Virus record (IMG/VR): IMGVR_UViG_3300029873_000376
Span: 1 to 5,685 of that record
DNA from: a virus
Taxonomy: Duplodnaviria; Heunggongvirae; Uroviricota; Caudoviricetes
Direction: 5' to 3' (one strand)
DNA length: 5,685 bases
Shown: one piece after another, positions 1-3,457 of the stretch
Numbering within the stretch: the stretch's first letter is position 1
How the letters are laid out: each line of letters opens with the position of its first letter
The notes under the pieces: model-generated
Seen by the model: only the letters and a program-made list of their open reading frames with translations
Database searches by the model: none
What the model was told of the DNA's origin: nothing
Translations under genes and position numbers: made by a program

Positions 1-558
1 ATGAATACAGCTATAACTTTTTCTAACGAGTCACCAAAAGTCTTTTTCAAAGATGGTCGCCTGGTTACCACCTCTCAAGCTGTTGCCGACTACTTCGATA
101 AACAACATAAACACGTTTTAGCTAAGATTGACACACTCGACTGCTCTCCCGAATTTACATCAGCCAACTTTTCGGCCGATGTTCAGACTGTCGAAATTGG
201 CAACGGCGCAGAACGTGAATCACGATGCTACCTGATCACAAAAGACGGCTTCATGTTCCTCGTAATGGGATTTACTGGCAAAAAAGCAGCCAGACTAAAA
301 GAAGCTTACATTGAAAAATTTAACGCAATGGAAGAAGAACTCCACAAACGTCCTCCTGCAGCACAAAACTCCCCCGCCCCAAATAATGGATGCGCATTAC
401 TGATCCACTTCGATAAATACGGTCAGGTCGAGTTCACAGAAAAAGTCCCCGCCGATGCGATGGTATGCACGCTGGAACGGTTTAAATTTTATCTGGAGCA
501 ACATGGGTGGATCGTTGCCCGTAAAGAACAATTGGTGGAAAGGTTGATGCGGTTTTAA
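1..558 (+). CDS. Rha-family phage regulatory protein (185 aa); the ATG sits at window position 1, so the true start could lie upstream
   Basis: ORF 1..558 with stop TAA at 556-558. The N-terminal segment KVFFKDGRLVTTSQAVADYFDKQHKHVLAKIDTL...FTSANFS matches the pattern I recall for the phage Rha N-terminal domain (short beta-strand, then S..VA..F.K.H..VLR.I..L, then nF). The C-terminal half is not recognised. Followed by a hairpin terminator. Confidence 0.75.
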   Translation: MNTAITFSNESPKVFFKDGRLVTTSQAVADYFDKQHKHVLAKIDTLDCSPEFTSANFSADVQTVEIGNGAERESRCYLITKDGFMFLVMGFTGKKAARLKEAYIEKFNAMEEELHKRPPAAQNSPAPNNGCALLIHFDKYGQVEFTEKVPADAMVCTLERFKFYLEQHGWIVARKEQLVERLMRF

Positions 559-567
559 TGAATGCAA

Positions 568-598
568 AACCCCGGATGATCACCGGGGTTAATTTTAT
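568..598. terminator. Hairpin plus T-tract, candidate bidirectional rho-independent terminator downstream of the Rha gene
   Basis: Perfect 8-bp inverted repeat AACCCCGG (568-575) / CCGGGGTT (583-590) around a 7-nt loop, followed by AATTTTAT on the plus strand. On the minus strand the stem is followed by TTTTGCATTCATT. Confidence 0.5.
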
Positions 599-684
599 CG
601 AGCGTGATTGCCGCTAATCGCCATCGCTCTGATTGAGCGTAAATCATTCAGGTTATTCAGTTCTTCCTTCTGCTCTCGCTGACG

Positions 685-855
685 TCAATAAATCCCATCA
701 TTGCGATCAACCTCATCCTTAACCATTGATGCGAGCAGTTCTTCCAGTTTCTGCGCTGACAGCTTTACCTGGTGATCTTCAGCATCTTCCCGGGCTATTG
801 TGGTTCGCGCAGTGGCTGATTTTGCTGACATCACCACAGGGGGCAGACGGACCAT
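685..855 (-). CDS. Hypothetical small protein (about 56 aa from the Met at 853-855); very uncertain
   Basis: The 3' part of the 685..966 minus ORF. The ORF's N-terminal third overlaps the repeat/hairpin at 920-955 and is probably not coding. The internal ATG at 853-855 has GGAGG about 10 nt upstream. No recognisable family; could be non-coding. Confidence 0.2.
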   Translation of the reverse strand: MVRLPPVVMSAKSATARTTIAREDAEDHQVKLSAQKLEELLASMVKDEVDRNDGIY

Positions 856-919
856 TGAACCATGGCCTCCGGAACAAATAAGGGCAAAAATAACAACCAC
901 TATCGAAAGCTCACAAACT

Positions 920-1089
920 AACCGCAGCACGTTCCTGCATACGACGTGTCTGCGGCATAATCCCAATGATTACTCCCTGACAGGATTTGCAGGCCACTCA
1001 ATATCAGGTGCAGTTGATGTATCAACACGATTCAACAATACCCGATATTTATTCCATGCCTCCAGCAACGATCTTTCTTCCTCCGTTGC
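920..1089. repeat. Direct repeat copy 1 (about 170 bp): 3' end of tfa plus downstream palindromic hairpin
   Basis: Manual alignment of 920-1089 with 1970-2138 gives roughly 85-90% identity at an offset of 1049-1050 bp, same orientation. The two tfa stop codons (970-972 and 2019-2021) are in register. Confidence 0.85.
922..955 (-). terminator. Hairpin 15 nt after the tfa-like stop (minus strand), candidate intrinsic terminator
   Basis: CCGCAGCACGT (922-932) pairs with ACGTGTCTGCGG (944-955), with one bulged T. On the minus strand it is followed directly by TTAGTTTGTGAGCTTT. Confidence 0.4.
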
Positions 1090-1239
1090 GATTTCCAGAT
1101 CTACAGCATCCTGCAGTGGCGCAATATACTCACTGAATTCCTGGATGTAGAACTGTGTGGTGACGGTCTTCCAGCCATTCGGCTCCTGCTGTATCGAAGC
1201 ATACCAGGCTATTTCAATATCGCTATGCTGCGGCAGCAT
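970..1239 (-). CDS. tfa: Short tail fibre assembly (Tfa)-like protein, 89 aa: novel N-terminal about 40 aa fused to the conserved Tfa C-terminal segment
   Basis: The C-terminus [51 protein letters not shown] closely matches the lambda Tfa C-terminus as I recall it ([44 protein letters not shown]). AAGGGG sits 4 nt upstream of the ATG at 1237-1239. At 89 aa it is much shorter than canonical Tfa (about 190 aa). Confidence 0.7.
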   Translation of the reverse strand: MLPQHSDIEIAWYASIQQEPNGWKTVTTQFYIQEFSEYIAPLQDAVDLEIATEEERSLLEAWNKYRVLLNRVDTSTAPDIEWPANPVRE

Positions 1240-1295
1240 TTAACCCCTTGTAATTCATCGCCATAATTGATTTAATTCACAAATAAAACTATAAC
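1239..1295 (+). promoter_or_regulatory. AT-rich divergent intergenic region with candidate sigma70-like elements for the methyltransferase gene
   Basis: Candidate -10 CATAAT (1262-1267) with a weak -35 TTTAAC (1239-1244, 17-bp spacer). A second pair, TTGATT (1267-1272) and TATAAC (1290-1295), has 17-bp spacing but would put the transcription start inside the annotated start codon. Consensus matching by eye only. Confidence 0.2.
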
Positions 1296-1964
1296 ATGGT
1301 GAAATCAATGAAAAAAAACACAGATGATGGGGCTAAAATTTACACACCACTTACCCTAAAGCTTTATGACTGGTGGGTTTTGGGAGTATCAAATCGGCTT
1401 GCATGGGGATGTCCTACAAAGGAACACCTTCTTCCACACTTTCTGGAACATGTAGGTAACAACCATCTGGATATTGGTGTTGGAACTGGGTTTTACCTTA
1501 CTCACGTACCTGAGAGTAGTCTGATATCTTTAATGGATTTGAACGAAGCTAGCCTGAACGCGGCATCTACAAGGGCTGGGGAATCAAAAATTAAACATAA
1601 AATTAGCCATGATGTTTTTGAACCTTATCCCGCGGCGTTACATGGTCAATTTGATTCCATTTCCATGTTTTACCTTCTTCACTGCCTGCCTGGAAATATA
1701 TCTACAAAAAGCTGTGTAATACGCAATGCGGCGCAGGCCTTAACTGACGATGGAACTCTATACGGAGCCACAATTCTTGGCGATGGAGTTGTGCACAATA
1801 GCTTCGGTCAAAAACTGATGCGCATTTACAATCAGAAAGGCATCTTTTCAAACACAAAAGATTCCGAAGAAGGCTTAACACATATACTCTCAGAGCATTT
1901 CGAGAATGTTAAAACCAAGGTTCAAGGTACTGTAGTAATGTTTTCCGCTTCAGGGAAAAAATAG
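1296..1964 (+). CDS. Class I (Rossmann-fold) SAM-dependent methyltransferase, 222 aa; alternative start at ATG 1308 (218 aa) with GGTGA 5 nt upstream
   Basis: Glycine-rich motif I LDIGVGTGFY, acidic post-I motif LMDLNE, motif II-like DVFEPYPAALHGQFDSISMFYLLHCLP and motif III-like LTDDGTLY. No DPPY/NPPY or PCQ/ENV motifs, so it is probably not a DNA methyltransferase. Visibly AT-richer than the flanks. From memory, the E. coli K-12 DLP12 prophage carries a methyltransferase-like gene (ybcY) between tfa remnants, which resembles this arrangement; not verified here. Confidence 0.85.
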   Translation: MVKSMKKNTDDGAKIYTPLTLKLYDWWVLGVSNRLAWGCPTKEHLLPHFLEHVGNNHLDIGVGTGFYLTHVPESSLISLMDLNEASLNAASTRAGESKIKHKISHDVFEPYPAALHGQFDSISMFYLLHCLPGNISTKSCVIRNAAQALTDDGTLYGATILGDGVVHNSFGQKLMRIYNQKGIFSNTKDSEEGLTHILSEHFENVKTKVQGTVVMFSASGKK

Positions 1965-1969
1965 CATCC

Positions 1970-2138
1970 AACCGCAGCACGTTCTTGCTTAAGACGTGCT
2001 GCGGCATAATCCCAATGATTACTCCCTGACAGGGTTCGTAGGCCACTCAATATCAGGTGCAGTTGATGTATCAACACGGTTCAGCAACACCCGATACTTC
2101 TTCCAGGCTTCCAGCAACGGAGTTTCTTCCTCCGTTGC
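1970..2138. repeat. Direct repeat copy 2 (about 170 bp): tfa 3' remnant plus palindromic hairpin
   Basis: See copy 1. This copy begins 6 nt after the methyltransferase stop codon (TAG, 1962-1964). Confidence 0.85.
1972..2004. terminator. Perfect palindromic hairpin between the convergent methyltransferase gene and the tfa remnant; candidate bidirectional terminator
   Basis: CCGCAGCACGT (1972-1982) and ACGTGCTGCGG (1994-2004) form a perfect 11-bp stem that can extend to about 14 bp with one bulge. On the minus strand a T6 run lies about 10 nt past the stem (TTGGATGCTATTTTTT). There is no T-tract on the plus strand. Confidence 0.4.
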
Positions 2139-2147
2139 ATATACAGC
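2019..2147 (-). pseudogene. tfa: Start-less remnant of a tfa 3' end (42 codons)
   Basis: Minus-strand translation gives [42 protein letters not shown] then stop (TAA at 2019-2021). An in-frame TGA lies immediately upstream (2148-2150) and there is no start codon. It is homologous to the C-terminus of the 970..1239 ORF. Confidence 0.65.
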
Positions 2148-2157
2148 TCACCTTTTT

Positions 2158-2451
2158 TCACCCACGATTAACCAACAGCCAGACCAGCAGACACGCCACC
2201 ACCGGCACAGCAAAATCCATCAGGCTTGCCACATCCCACGCGCGCGGATCAAAACCGCCCCACCACGGCATATTCATTCGCTTGCCATGCCCGAACATTT
2301 CAATCCAGCGATATTCTGCCTGGGTGTGTTCACGCGCAATGAAGAACGTACAACCAGCTATCGCCCCGTAAGCCCAGTTCCCGGTAAAAAGACCAATCAG
2401 TAGCTGCGCAGCCACAGCACAAAGCGCATGAAGGAAAGGTGTTATATCCAT
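2158..2451 (-). CDS. Hypothetical small membrane protein (97 aa, two predicted hydrophobic helices, Trp-rich linker)
   Basis: Consensus SD AGGAGG lies 4 nt upstream of the ATG (2449-2451) and directly follows the stop of the upstream gene. Hydrophobic segments FLHALCAVAAQLLIGLFTGNWAYGAIAGCTFFIA and ASLMDFAVPVVACLLVWLLV flank a charged, Trp-rich loop. No family recognised. Confidence 0.55.
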   Translation of the reverse strand: MDITPFLHALCAVAAQLLIGLFTGNWAYGAIAGCTFFIAREHTQAEYRWIEMFGHGKRMNMPWWGGFDPRAWDVASLMDFAVPVVACLLVWLLVNRG

Positions 2452-2461
2452 TACTCCTCCT

Positions 2462-3166
2462 TTATCCGATATCGCTTCGGGAAACGGATAACAACTTTAA
2501 TTCTGACTCAAGTTCATCAACTCTTTCAGTCAGCTTCTGGATATGGTGAATCAGTGGAACAACCAGACGTTCGTACATTACACCTTCGGCAACAAGGCCA
2601 TTGCTGGAAATAGCTTCCGGTGCATCATCTTCGTTAGCTGGTCGCCAGTGTACAAACTGAGGGGCAATTTCTCCTACTTCCTCGGCAATCAATCCGTAGA
2701 ATCCCCAGTCACGCCTGTCATTTGCGCATTGTGACCTGTACCACACAGGGCGCATCCTGAAAATGAGATCGGCGTGCTCTGAATCTATTGTCTCTACTGA
2801 ATGTTTATAGCGGATAGACGATGTTGACCGCAGCACAGACGAAATTGCGGGGTCAGGATTAAGATAAAGGTTTGCCGCCGCTGTAGTCGTGCCCAATCCC
2901 CACAAATAAAACGCTTCACGGCCAGTCAACGGGTAAAAATCTCCACCATAACGACCGCTTTCCAGAGCGTTCACTTCCAGTTTGTTTTTCAGCTTATTAT
3001 CAACTTCAGTTTTTGTGTATCTGGTGCTGATATCCTGCTTTGCACTGGTCATATCAGCCTGAAGCGTTGATACTTTTCCGTTAATTGAGGAAATATCTTC
3101 CTTGGCTTTACTGACATCTCCCTTTAACGTGGTGATGTCTCCCGGAATTACTGTCGATGTAGCCAT
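2462..3166 (-). CDS. Tail-fibre-like protein (234 aa) with C-terminal intramolecular-chaperone-like (peptidase S74-type) domain
   Basis: GGGAG lies 4 nt upstream of the ATG (3164-3166). Residues about 112-225 (S-S-I-R-Y-K...ETID...LIFRMRPVWY...WGFYGLIAEEVGEIAPQFV...GVMYERLVVPLIHHIQKL...ELESELKLL) fit the pattern I recall for the auto-cleaving C-terminal chaperone domain of endosialidase-type tailspikes and the T5 L-shaped fibre (S-D-x-R-x-K-x-N-I...L-R-P-V-x-Y...G-F-I-A-Q-E-V...P-E...L-I-x-A-I-Q-E-L). The N-terminal 70 aa are coiled-coil-like with two similar segments (LKGDVSKAKEDISS / LQADMTSAKQDIST). Confidence 0.65.
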   Translation of the reverse strand: MATSTVIPGDITTLKGDVSKAKEDISSINGKVSTLQADMTSAKQDISTRYTKTEVDNKLKNKLEVNALESGRYGGDFYPLTGREAFYLWGLGTTTAAANLYLNPDPAISSVLRSTSSIRYKHSVETIDSEHADLIFRMRPVWYRSQCANDRRDWGFYGLIAEEVGEIAPQFVHWRPANEDDAPEAISSNGLVAEGVMYERLVVPLIHHIQKLTERVDELESELKLLSVSRSDIG

Positions 3167-3175
3167 TTGTCTCCC

Positions 3176-3457
3176 TCACATCCAGCCACGAAGTTGATGT
3201 TCAACTACAACCGCGTATTCATCGAATATTGACGATTTTTTTGCATCATTAATGATGCGCACGTTTACAAAATATCCATCTTCCTTAACACATACCGGTT
3301 CGCCATCTTCAGTCAGTTCTCCGGTTTCTTTGTACACGTTACCTATCACGTCAATAAGAATATCATCCTGCATCGACTCGTCATCATAATAGCCAATGCT
3401 ATCCATAAAGGCCGAAAAGTCGGCCCTGTCTGCAAATTTGAGTGTTAAATCTTTCAT
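3176..3457 (-). CDS. Hypothetical acidic protein (93 aa), translationally coupled to stf
   Basis: Its ATG (3455-3457) overlaps the stf stop codon (TAATG). GGGGGAG sits 8 nt upstream, inside the stf 3' end. Rich in Asp/Glu; no family recognised. It occupies the position where tfa normally follows stf. Confidence 0.55.
   Translation of the reverse strand: MKDLTLKFADRADFSAFMDSIGYYDDESMQDDILIDVIGNVYKETGELTEDGEPVCVKEDGYFVNVRIINDAKKSSIFDEYAVVVEHQLRGWM

Noticed and set aside
685-966. Full-length 93-aa minus ORF starting at 966
   Set aside because: Its N-terminal third runs through the hairpin and repeat (920-955) just downstream of the tfa stop. Only the 3' portion was kept, as a low-confidence candidate.
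800-1150. Plus-strand ORF 800..1150 (and its paralogue 1996..2403), sharing the peptide [27 protein letters not shown]
   Set aside because: Both are the antisense reading of the duplicated tfa 3' end. Their similarity comes from the DNA repeat. They lack RBSs and overlap better-supported genes.
1296-1964. DNA methyltransferase (anti-restriction or epigenetic) interpretation of the methyltransferase gene
   Set aside because: No (D/N/S)PP(Y/F/W) motif of N6A/N4C enzymes and no PCQ/ENV motifs of C5 enzymes. The motif set fits small-molecule, protein or RNA class I methyltransferases better. A profile search is needed to be definitive.
920-2138. Invertible tail-fibre segment (Gin/Cin/Pin-type DNA inversion switch)
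   Set aside because: The flanking repeats are direct, not inverted. No invertase gene and no recognisable recombination site of the kind I recall for Gin or Hin are present in the window, and no alternative fibre C-terminus lies on the opposite strand.
2057-2734. Plus-strand ORFs 2057..2371, 2428..2613 and 2543..2734
   Set aside because: They are antisense to the 97-aa and 234-aa minus-strand genes, which have strong RBSs and operon-like packing. No start signals support the plus-strand frames.
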